From: a virus
Strand: one strand, 5' to 3'
DNA: 64,000 nt
IMG/VR virus record: IMGVR_UViG_3300031417_000358
Part shown: in pieces, positions 27,675-34,972 of the stretch
How positions within the stretch are numbered: position 1 is the first letter of the stretch
Layout of the letters: each line of letters begins with the position of its first letter
The notes under the pieces: model-generated
Told to the model about the DNA's origin: nothing
What the model saw: only the letters and a program-made list of their open reading frames with translations
Databases searched by the model: none
Position numbers and translations under genes: made by a program

Positions 27675-27703
27675 CAGTTTGTCCTTTCAAAAAACAGCGA
27701 AGT

Positions 27704-27721
27704 TGCTGCATCCCCGTATAG
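27704..27721 (-). promoter_or_regulatory. CTATAC-N6-GCAGCA motif
   Basis: Exact second-subfamily motif. Confidence 0.6.
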
Positions 27722-27840
27722 CCGGCGGGCCAGGGTGTTGTCGCCTTGACAGCGTCGCGGGCGTCGCGCACCATAAGCACCGGTGCCGAAGACCACCCCG
27801 TACCGTGGGAAATCGGCAATCTGCGAGGTACGCGCGGACG

Positions 27841-27870
27841 AAGGCCGGGACATCCTGGCCTTTTTCTTTA
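27841..27870 (+). terminator. Plus-strand terminator with no plus-strand CDS immediately upstream
   Basis: AAGGCCGGG-GACAT-CCTGGCCTT plus T tract. Confidence 0.6.
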
Positions 27871-27959
27871 TGCGACGCGAAAAAAGCGCCAATTGGTGGC
27901 GCTTGAGTATGGATTAGTGTCAGGGCTCAGGTGCTGCAAGCATCAATGCCGGCCTGGAT

Positions 27960-28205
27960 GTGCTCAATGAGCTCCGCACGGAACTCTGCGTCTATCGGCT
28001 GTTGAGCCTGGAAGTAACTTACGACCGCCGCCAGGGCCGTGTACAGGGCCATCGGCGGCTCTTTGCTATTGCGCATGAAATGCAGCGAGGCGGAGCACGC
28101 GTTGTAGATTTCGTCGCGCTGGCCTGGGCCTGGATTTTGAATGTATTCCAGGCCGCGTTCCAGCTGCGATTTAATTGTCTCAGGGGAGAGGTCCGGCTCG
28201 CGCAT
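27960..28205 (-). CDS. Small helical hypothetical protein
   Basis: AAAGGA RBS before MREPDL; CTATAC at 28241-28246. Confidence 0.7.
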
Positions 28206-28270
28206 AGTCTGTCCTTTGTTTATGAGTTGGTCACGGGGCAGTATAGGCCGGCACCGCTCATCGGCCAGCG

Positions 28271-28540
28271 CTACGCTGCGCGCGCGACCAGGTGGTGCGC
28301 GGGATGCTGCCCAGTCAGCAGCAGGAACAGCTCCCACACGGCCAACGGCATGGCTCGGTGGTCGGTCTTGCCAACCTCGACTTCGTAGCCCTGCCACGCC
28401 CGCTCCGCACGCTCGGGTCCCACCGGCGATACTAGCAGGGCGGCCTGCGCCTGCGTGAGCTTGACCGCCTTGCGCGCGGCTTTCACCTGGTCCGGCGTGG
28501 GCTGGGTTACCCGCAGGGTGATTGGTTCGAACGGTGTCAC
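28271..28540 (-). CDS. XRE-family HTH regulator (KorC-like)
   Basis: PTPDQVKAAR..LTQAQAA.LV..WQ.YE..MP..WELFLL. Confidence 0.75.
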   Translation of the reverse strand: MTPFEPITLRVTQPTPDQVKAARKAVKLTQAQAALLVSPVGPERAERAWQGYEVEVGKTDHRAMPLAVWELFLLLTGQHPAHHLVARAA

Positions 28541-28890
28541 TTCAGTACCCGGCCACCGGCCGCCTTGATGGCCGCCATGACGGCTTCGAGCTTGGATTCA
28601 TCGCACTCGACCGCGAATGAGCGGGTCGTCTGCTGCTTGCGCCAGCGCTTGAAGTAGGACTCGAAGGACGGCTCGTTGTCGGCCTTCCATTTCGGACCGA
28701 AGACAATGCCGCCGGCTACGAGCACGATGGCGTCGTCGGCCAGGCCGGCAATCTCGAAGTTCGGCTCCATCACTTCGCCATTGACGGTGATGGTCTCGTC
28801 CTCGTGCCAGGTATTGCCTTCGGTTTGCGGCCAATACTCCGGGTCTTGGTAGAAGCGCTTCAGTTCGGCGCCTGTGGTCCTGGTTGCCAT
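28537..28890 (-). CDS. Hypothetical protein
   Basis: 4-bp overlap with the HTH gene. Confidence 0.75.
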   Translation of the reverse strand: MATRTTGAELKRFYQDPEYWPQTEGNTWHEDETITVNGEVMEPNFEIAGLADDAIVLVAGGIVFGPKWKADNEPSFESYFKRWRKQQTTRSFAVECDESKLEAVMAAIKAAGGRVLK

Positions 28891-28928
28891 GGGTGAGTCT
28901 CTCGGAATCCGATTGTGTGCCGCCGAGC

Positions 28929-29183
28929 TTAGCCGCGCTGCAGGTAAGGCACGATGTTCTTGATGTTGCCGTTCATGCGTTTGAGGGCAATGCTTCGCCC
29001 CCGGCACCAGGTTTCGACCTGCTCGATGGCCAAGCCCTTGGCCCAGGCGAAGGAGGGGCTTGCATCGAGCACGGCGCCAGTATCATCAGCCTTGAGCCAC
29101 GACCGGCTGCGCGCTCGCGGCAGCCTCGCGGTGAAGAACCGGGCCGGCTGGACGGGCAGGTGGCGATAGCGGTCGTCGGCCAT
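28929..29183 (-). CDS. Small basic hypothetical protein
   Basis: GAGG RBS before MADDRY. Confidence 0.6.
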   Translation of the reverse strand: MADDRYRHLPVQPARFFTARLPRARSRSWLKADDTGAVLDASPSFAWAKGLAIEQVETWCRGRSIALKRMNGNIKNIVPYLQRG

Positions 29184-29190
29184 GGCAGCC

Positions 29191-29439
29191 TCAGGCGTTC
29201 GATGCGCCAGCCAGGTGGCGCGCCGGCAGCGGTCCGTAGAAGACGCCTTCGCAGACGCTGCCATCGCTGTAGCGCAGGCGCAGCGCGTGCGTATGGCCGT
29301 CCTCGGCGACGAATGCGCCACCGATTTCGCCATGCCGGTCCTTGGTCAGAAAGCCGATGTGGCGCAGACCCTTCGCGTTAATCCATTCGTAGGCGCCCGG
29401 TTCGGTGACCTCGTTCGACTTCAGTGCTTTTTCGCTCAT
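29191..29439 (-). CDS. Small hypothetical protein
   Basis: GAAAGG RBS before MSEKAL. Confidence 0.65.
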   Translation of the reverse strand: MSEKALKSNEVTEPGAYEWINAKGLRHIGFLTKDRHGEIGGAFVAEDGHTHALRLRYSDGSVCEGVFYGPLPARHLAGASNA

Positions 29440-29456
29440 GGCCGAGCCTTTCTGAT

Positions 29457-29846
29457 TTAGGGTAAAGCTGGAACGGCGGGGAGCTGGCCACCCGGCACGT
29501 CGAGCATGGTGAGGTTTTTGGCGGCGACCGCGGCCGCCGCCTGCGTGATGGCGCGCCACATCGCCCGCAATGGGGCAAAGCCGAACGGCACCCGCTGTGG
29601 CGTGATGCCGGCCCACGGCACGCTCGCAATCGCCGAGTTGGCATCGCGGGAAAGTTGCATCTGCAGCACCACCGACACCCACATCGCCTGCTCGCCGTCC
29701 AACAACGGGTTGAAGCGACGACCATCGGCCAGGCGCAACCAGCCCTTGGACGGGTGCTCCAACGCCACGCACCCGGTGTACGCCAAGTTACAGGCGCGTG
29801 CAACAGCGGGAAGCAGGTCGGTCAGTGGAGTTTCGATAAGGGACAT
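29457..29846 (-). CDS. Hypothetical protein, paralog of 31427-31810
   Basis: FNP...EQAMW..PWAGI.PQ.VP..A...AI..AAAAVAA shared. Confidence 0.75.
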   Translation of the reverse strand: MSLIETPLTDLLPAVARACNLAYTGCVALEHPSKGWLRLADGRRFNPLLDGEQAMWVSVVLQMQLSRDANSAIASVPWAGITPQRVPFGFAPLRAMWRAITQAAAAVAAKNLTMLDVPGGQLPAVPALP

Positions 29847-29871
29847 GTGGCGCTCACGAATTCAATTCCGT

Positions 29872-29900
29872 AGTATACACGCAATGCGGGTATTTTGCAA
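29872..29900 (-). promoter_or_regulatory. Sigma70 promoter with palindromic operator in the spacer
   Basis: TTGCAA-17-TATACT; TACACGCAATGCGGGTA at 29876-29892. Confidence 0.7.
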
Positions 29901-29978
29901 GCGCCAACACCGTCTTGTCGCATTTGTGCGATTCGGTGTTATATGCGGGGCAACGCCGGCGCGGCGCCCTCCGCGCAC

Positions 29979-30623
29979 TCAGGTCGCGGCGACGCGGGCG
30001 ACATGTTCCATCGCGAGGAGCTCGAAGTCGGCGGTTTCCATCCAGTCCTTGAGGAAGGGCAGCGCGCCGGCGGGCATCATGTCGCGAAGCTTCGTCAGCC
30101 GGGCCTGAATCGGGACGGCCAGGTCGAACATGACATTGCGTACCGCCGTGGCGTCCAGCTCGTTGGCGCGCTCGACGCTCTCCAGGCGCCAGTCTGGGAA
30201 GTGGTTCAGGTAGTAGCTCGACTCGTCCTTGAAGTGTCCAAGCAGCGCGACACGCCGCGCCCCACGCGCCCGGCGCGCGACCGCTTCCTGCACGGCCGCG
30301 ACCCACTCGTCGTTGGTCTGGCAGTCTGGGACGGCCACGAACCGGACCCGCTGCGCGGCGTCTGCCGGCAGCGACAGCGAAACCATCAGCGCGCGTTCCA
30401 GCGCGAGCAGGGGGTTTTTCAAGGTGCGCTCATTGCTGTCCGACCCCAGGACCAATATGACCGTTTTGCCCAGGCGCAGCGCGCGCAGCAGCAGAATGAG
30501 GTGGCCCAGGTGGAAAGGCTGGAAGCGGCCGATGTAGACGACGACGTCGTAATGGAACCCGTTCGCGTCCGCGAGAATGGCCTCGACAATGTTCGGCTGT
30601 CCGCTGAATGCTTCTGATTTCAA
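29979..30623 (-). CDS. NMN adenylyltransferase (NadM-type domain, no Nudix domain)
   Basis: YIGRFQPFHLGH, LGS...RTLKNP, GHFKDESSYYL..FPDW; TTG start inferred. Confidence 0.85.
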   Translation of the reverse strand: MKSEAFSGQPNIVEAILADANGFHYDVVVYIGRFQPFHLGHLILLLRALRLGKTVILVLGSDSNERTLKNPLLALERALMVSLSLPADAAQRVRFVAVPDCQTNDEWVAAVQEAVARRARGARRVALLGHFKDESSYYLNHFPDWRLESVERANELDATAVRNVMFDLAVPIQARLTKLRDMMPAGALPFLKDWMETADFELLAMEHVARVAAT

Positions 30624-30649
30624 GGTTTTTCTTCTCTCTGTGCAGATGG

Positions 30650-31414
30650 TTACTGGTCCGGCATCCAGCCGATGGCCCGGTCGAAATCTTCTTGCGACAT
30701 CGGCACACCCACGCGGCAGATGCGCAGGAAAGCGTGACGCGCTTCCGCCGGGGTAGCGTCGGCAATGACCGTCTCCGCCGTTCTCGCGCCGGCAAAGCGT
30801 GCCCGAACCTGGTCCCACAGCTCGAAGAAATCGTCGACCTGGTCGTTGCTGAAACGCTTTGGCCACTCGTGCTGCCACAGCTGACGCACATAGAAGTTCG
30901 CTTCGTGATGCATTTCGGTGCTGGCCGCCGACATGAGCGTCCAGGCCGGCAGGCGCAAGCCAACGGTTGCCTCCGCTTTCGGGACGAATCGAACAGAGCG
31001 CGTCTCGAAGTCCAGCACCAGGCATGCATCGCCCAGCCAGGTTTCGCGCTCAGCCTCGGACACCGGGAAGGGCACCGGCGCGTCATCCCGGCGCATCATC
31101 CACGCAAACGTGGCCAGCCTGTTCTGACCGTCGAGGAGCAGGCAGTACGGGTGGAATGCGTTGACCGCGGATTCGGGGGCCGGAGCGATAGGCCCCAGCC
31201 GGCCTTTCGACAGCTTCGCCAGGTCAGCATGGTTGCCCGGCGCCCACATCAGGAACGCGCCGATGGGAAAGCCGCTCACAATGCTGTCGCACAACGCCTC
31301 GACGTCGTGTTTGGACCAGACATACGGGCGCTGCATCGCCGCGGGCAGCATGCGGCCGGCAGCAACGTCGGCCACCAGCGACATGAGGAAGCTCTGGCTT
31401 TGTTTGACTTCCAT
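30650..31414 (-). CDS. Stand-alone DUF262 (GmrS/ParB-like) protein
   Basis: QRPYVW, DSIVSGFPIGAFLMW, LLDGQNRL. Confidence 0.85.
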   Translation of the reverse strand: MEVKQSQSFLMSLVADVAAGRMLPAAMQRPYVWSKHDVEALCDSIVSGFPIGAFLMWAPGNHADLAKLSKGRLGPIAPAPESAVNAFHPYCLLLDGQNRLATFAWMMRRDDAPVPFPVSEAERETWLGDACLVLDFETRSVRFVPKAEATVGLRLPAWTLMSAASTEMHHEANFYVRQLWQHEWPKRFSNDQVDDFFELWDQVRARFAGARTAETVIADATPAEARHAFLRICRVGVPMSQEDFDRAIGWMPDQ

Positions 31415-31426
31415 GTTGCGCTCCTG

Positions 31427-31810
31427 TTAAGCGGGGATGTTTTGTACGGACAGGCCTTGGGCCGCGACCGCAGCCGCGGCACGCACGATGGCCAGGCACA
31501 GCGCGCGCATCGGCTCGCCGTCGTACGGCACCAACTGCGGCTCGATGCCCGCCCACGGCGCGTCGACAACCACGGTGTTGTTCTCGTGGCGCTGCGACAT
31601 GCGCAGTTCCAGGGATAGCCACATGGCCTGCTCGGGTTGGCGGATAGGGTTGAACACCATCCGGTTCGGCAGCAGCAGACCTTCGGAGGATGGATAGCTC
31701 TCGCGCACCCACTGCAGATAGGTCAAGTTGTAGGCCTGCGCAGCGGCAAGCAGCAGCTCTTTCGGCGACATATCAGCGGGACGCATCGGGGGAACCTCAT
31801 TCGATTTCAT
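31427..31810 (-). CDS. Hypothetical protein, paralog of 29457-29846
   Basis: Same conserved blocks. Confidence 0.75.
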   Translation of the reverse strand: MKSNEVPPMRPADMSPKELLLAAAQAYNLTYLQWVRESYPSSEGLLLPNRMVFNPIRQPEQAMWLSLELRMSQRHENNTVVVDAPWAGIEPQLVPYDGEPMRALCLAIVRAAAAVAAQGLSVQNIPA

Positions 31811-31817
31811 GGGACGC

Positions 31818-31846
31818 ATTATACACGCATTGCGTGTAATGCGCAA
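31818..31846 (-). promoter_or_regulatory. Sigma70 promoter with perfect palindromic operator
   Basis: TTGCGC-17-TATAAT; TACACGCA-T-TGCGTGTA at 31822-31838. Confidence 0.75.
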
Positions 31847-31935
31847 TTGTGCAAGCGTGTCGGCCTCAAATTCTAGGACCATTGTGCAGCCTTTGACACA
31901 TTAGACGCTATACGCTGCAAAGGCTTTCACATCCT

Positions 31936-32295
31936 ATGCGCGTCTACGTCTACTTCAATCTGCACAAGCTCCTGTGGTCTGTCCGAGCCCTGGAGGGCCC
32001 GAACAAGGGCCGCGTCATCCAGCACGCGCACGAGGTGTATCTGGTCGACTGCCAGTTCCGGGTGTCCGAGGCAGGCCGGCAGCGCGTGCTCCGCGAAAAG
32101 CGGAAGAACGTGCACGCCGGCGTCGTCGGTCACCTGGCGGAAGTTCCCGCCGGCGCGCCATCTGGCGACCGGGTCTCCTACAATCCGTACAAGCACCCGA
32201 CGTTTGTGCGCGCAAACTCGCTCGAGCCGGTCCGCCGCGCTGACTCGGTACTGCTGCGGGGCAAAGCCGCATTTGCGCACCTGGCCAGCGGGTAG
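31936..32295 (+). CDS. Phage-type conserved hypothetical protein
   Basis: VYFNLHK..WSV, AGRQRVLREKRKNVHA, YNPYK; CTATAC at 31908. Confidence 0.8.
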   Translation: MRVYVYFNLHKLLWSVRALEGPNKGRVIQHAHEVYLVDCQFRVSEAGRQRVLREKRKNVHAGVVGHLAEVPAGAPSGDRVSYNPYKHPTFVRANSLEPVRRADSVLLRGKAAFAHLASG

Positions 32296-32359
32296 AAGAG
32301 AGCCTCCGTCGCGATGCGAGGAGGCTCTTTGAGTTGCTGCGGCGCGTTACCCGGCGTTG

Positions 32360-32710
32360 TTACCACTCATAAATGCGGCCGTTGTGAACGGCAAAGTAGG
32401 TGTTGCGCACTTCCTTGAGACGCTCGAAATTCGCATCGCGGCGTGCTTGGAAGTGGGCATACGACTTGCCATCATCGATTTGAACCGGGTACAGCTGCAT
32501 CGATGGGTACGATTCACCAGCCCGCTCGCCGGTGACGTACCGCGGTCGTCCGGGATGAGCCATGCTTTTATCGAAGCGATAGCCCAGTTCGCGAAGCATC
32601 TCGGTGAGCCGCGCCACGGTGACCTGCACCATGCCAAGCTTTTCACGGGAGCTAAGTTCGGCGGCCAAGTCGTCAGGGACGGTGGATGCTACGGCAATTG
32701 CGTTCGACAT
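32360..32710 (-). CDS. Hypothetical protein
   Basis: AGAGG RBS; motif at 32739-32756. Confidence 0.75.
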   Translation of the reverse strand: MSNAIAVASTVPDDLAAELSSREKLGMVQVTVARLTEMLRELGYRFDKSMAHPGRPRYVTGERAGESYPSMQLYPVQIDDGKSYAHFQARRDANFERLKEVRNTYFAVHNGRIYEW

Positions 32711-32738
32711 AATATTTTTCCTCTAGGGTGGGTTAGAC

Positions 32739-32756
32739 TGCTGCACTCCCGTATAG
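32739..32756 (-). promoter_or_regulatory. CTATAC-N6-GCAGCA motif
   Basis: Exact motif. Confidence 0.6.
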
Positions 32757-32774
32757 GGAAAACACCTGCATGCG

Positions 32775-33413
32775 TCAGCAGTCAGCCGGCACCGAGGCCA
32801 ACGCCTGCGTGAAGCGCGGCAGCGCCAGCGCGGTGCCATAGAGGTATTGCCGGCCATCAAATGTGCGTCTGCCGTACGAGCCAATTTCCACGCCGTTGAG
32901 CATCAGGTCTATCTGCTCGGCACCGGGGTACACGACATCCACGCGCACCGGTGAGCGTTCGCCGGCGTGCTGCGCCATGGCACAGAACAGGCGGGCCTGC
33001 TCGTCGACCAGGTGGTGCAGCCTGTCATCCCAGGAGCCCGCGTTGCCTGCCATGAGCGGGACAAACCATTCCGCCTTCATGAACCCGTGCTGATGGAATT
33101 CGTCGAGCACATCGTCACGAAGGCAGGGCGTCCAGCCAACGTAGCCCTGCGCGCCCCACAGCTGGCCGGCCTGCCACAGCTGCAGGAAGCTCTGTTCGCC
33201 CGACGCGACAAAGGAGCCATGCAGCGTCTGGATGTCCCGGCACTCCGGCGGCCGCGTGGCGTCGGAAAACTCCTTGGGCACCATCCAGGGCAAGTCCACA
33301 TACCGGAAGCCATGACCTACCCACCACTCCAGGGCGCGGTGCAGCAGCATCAGGCTGTCGGCGGTGAAGGGGCCGGTGACCGGCGACGGGGTTAGTTTAG
33401 CTGCGTCGACCAT
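32775..33413 (-). CDS. Minimal class II aminoacyl-tRNA synthetase-like catalytic core
   Basis: Motif 1 GFRYVDLPW, motif 2 PCLRDD..H..FMKAE, EIGSYG, motif 3 YGTALALPR; no anticodon-binding domain. Confidence 0.7.
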   Translation of the reverse strand: MVDAAKLTPSPVTGPFTADSLMLLHRALEWWVGHGFRYVDLPWMVPKEFSDATRPPECRDIQTLHGSFVASGEQSFLQLWQAGQLWGAQGYVGWTPCLRDDVLDEFHQHGFMKAEWFVPLMAGNAGSWDDRLHHLVDEQARLFCAMAQHAGERSPVRVDVVYPGAEQIDLMLNGVEIGSYGRRTFDGRQYLYGTALALPRFTQALASVPADC

Positions 33414-33690
33414 TTTCGAAGGCTCGCTTGGTGATGGCCGAGAACGTCAGGACGTCCTGAATCGTGGTGCCCGGCAGGTGGCGGTCCATGAACGCCTGGA
33501 TGGCGCCCATCATGTCCGAAAGTTCGACGGCGGCCATGATGCGCGAGCCCTGGGCCATCGCATCGCGCAGCTCGTCGAGCTCCTCCTGGACTTTCGACAG
33601 TTCGCCCAGCTCCCCGCGGGGAATGGCAACCAGGTGGTAGCCCGGCTTGTCGAGCGGCGTTCCGGCCGGCGGTTGGGTGTGTTGTGTCAT
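33397..33690 (-). CDS. MazG-like all-alpha NTP pyrophosphohydrolase
   Basis: SKVQEELDE..DA....ELSD (ExxE..ExxD); overlaps the aaRS-like gene by 17 bp. Confidence 0.6.
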   Translation of the reverse strand: MTQHTQPPAGTPLDKPGYHLVAIPRGELGELSKVQEELDELRDAMAQGSRIMAAVELSDMMGAIQAFMDRHLPGTTIQDVLTFSAITKRAFENGRRS

Positions 33691-34169
33691 CGGTCGAGTT
33701 GCTCCGGGCAGGTGGTGGCTTTACCGGGACGGCGAACACGGTCGGCACGCCGTGCGTCCCGGCTGTAGGCAATGATGGCGGAGGCTTCGGCCCTGGTCAG
33801 CGACCGGCACAGCGCGCGCACCTGTGCCAGGTAATCGGCAACCCCACGTACATCCCGCGAACGCTCAACGAGGGGATGCTGGCCCTCGGTCATTGGCTCC
33901 AGGTTGTTCAGCGCCACGTAGATGAGCTGCAGCGCCTGGATGGCGCCGAGTACGACTAGCGCCAGCATGACCGCCACGGGAATAACCAAGACAGCGAAGT
34001 CGCTATAGCTGACAGAAAACCAGAGTGCAACCCCAAGCAGGATGAGCGCCAGGCCCAGATAGGCTTGCCAGTCGGTCTGGCGGTTTTTCAGCCGCGCGCG
34101 CTTGGCCGCCAAGGCCGACGGCGACAGCGGCGCGCAGGCCAATGCAACCCGGGAACGGTAGCGGAACAT
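33687..34169 (-). CDS. Membrane protein
   Basis: Two N-terminal TM segments; overlaps its neighbours. Confidence 0.7.
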   Translation of the reverse strand: MFRYRSRVALACAPLSPSALAAKRARLKNRQTDWQAYLGLALILLGVALWFSVSYSDFAVLVIPVAVMLALVVLGAIQALQLIYVALNNLEPMTEGQHPLVERSRDVRGVADYLAQVRALCRSLTRAEASAIIAYSRDARRADRVRRPGKATTCPEQLDR

Positions 34170-34699
34170 CAGGCCTCCACGCGCTGTGGCGGAGCGTCTT
34201 CGCCGAACAGTTCCTTAAAGCGCTCAGGCGTGAATTCCTCGCTGTTGAAAAACCAGCGCTTTGCTTCCATCGTCGTTACCGAGCGGGTGTCCTCGATGTG
34301 GCGGCACACCGCCGCCGTGCAGCTGTACTGGATAAAGGGCAGCGAATCCGGAGTAAGCAGGGCGGAGCGGTAGGTGAATCGGAAGTAGCGCCCGTTTTTT
34401 GTGCGCGCCAGGCCGTGCATAGTGACCGAGCTCCCGAACATCGACTGCGCTCGCTGTGGCTTGGTTGTTACCAGCAAGGCCGAGCTTTTTCCCTGGAAGA
34501 CCAGGGCGGGCGCCGGTCCGCGTAGCCCACCCTCGGCAGGCTCCTCGAATTCAATCTTGGTGAAGTCCGACGGCAGGCCAGCCTGCATGGCAGTGCCAAC
34601 ATCGGCCGCCAACTCGTCGGAGCTCTGGCCGCAGCCGGTCAGCGCCAGCATGGTGACGCCGAGCGCCGCTACAACCTTGCATTTTTTGAATAGTTTCAT
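34169..34699 (-). CDS. Lipoprotein
   Basis: Lipobox LTGC. Confidence 0.75.
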   Translation of the reverse strand: MKLFKKCKVVAALGVTMLALTGCGQSSDELAADVGTAMQAGLPSDFTKIEFEEPAEGGLRGPAPALVFQGKSSALLVTTKPQRAQSMFGSSVTMHGLARTKNGRYFRFTYRSALLTPDSLPFIQYSCTAAVCRHIEDTRSVTTMEAKRWFFNSEEFTPERFKELFGEDAPPQRVEA

Positions 34700-34921
34700 G
34701 TTTTATATGTGGTCCGCCGACGTACGCTTTGCTCGCGCCGGAATCGACCGGCCGCATTGTGGCTTTCGCGTATCAGGTCCGCATTGTGCTGTTCATGGGA
34801 TAGGTGGTACTATACTATTTAAACCACATTTACGCAAGTCCGCGCCCCGAAATCTCGGCACGGTTAGTAGGCGTTTGCAATAATTCCTACTATACGGCGG
34901 GCATCCATCAACCCACCTTCT

Positions 34922-34939
34922 CTATACTGATTTGCAGCA
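34922..34939 (+). promoter_or_regulatory. CTATAC-N6-GCAGCA motif upstream of RNR
   Basis: Exact motif. Confidence 0.6.
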
Positions 34940-34972
34940 AATTGCTGTTTCAATATAGAGGAAATACACATC

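Noticed and set aside
34700-34972. NrdR box or cobalamin riboswitch upstream of the RNR gene
   Set aside because: No convincing match to either consensus by eye; only short repeats (CCGCATTGTG x2, TACTATAC x2)
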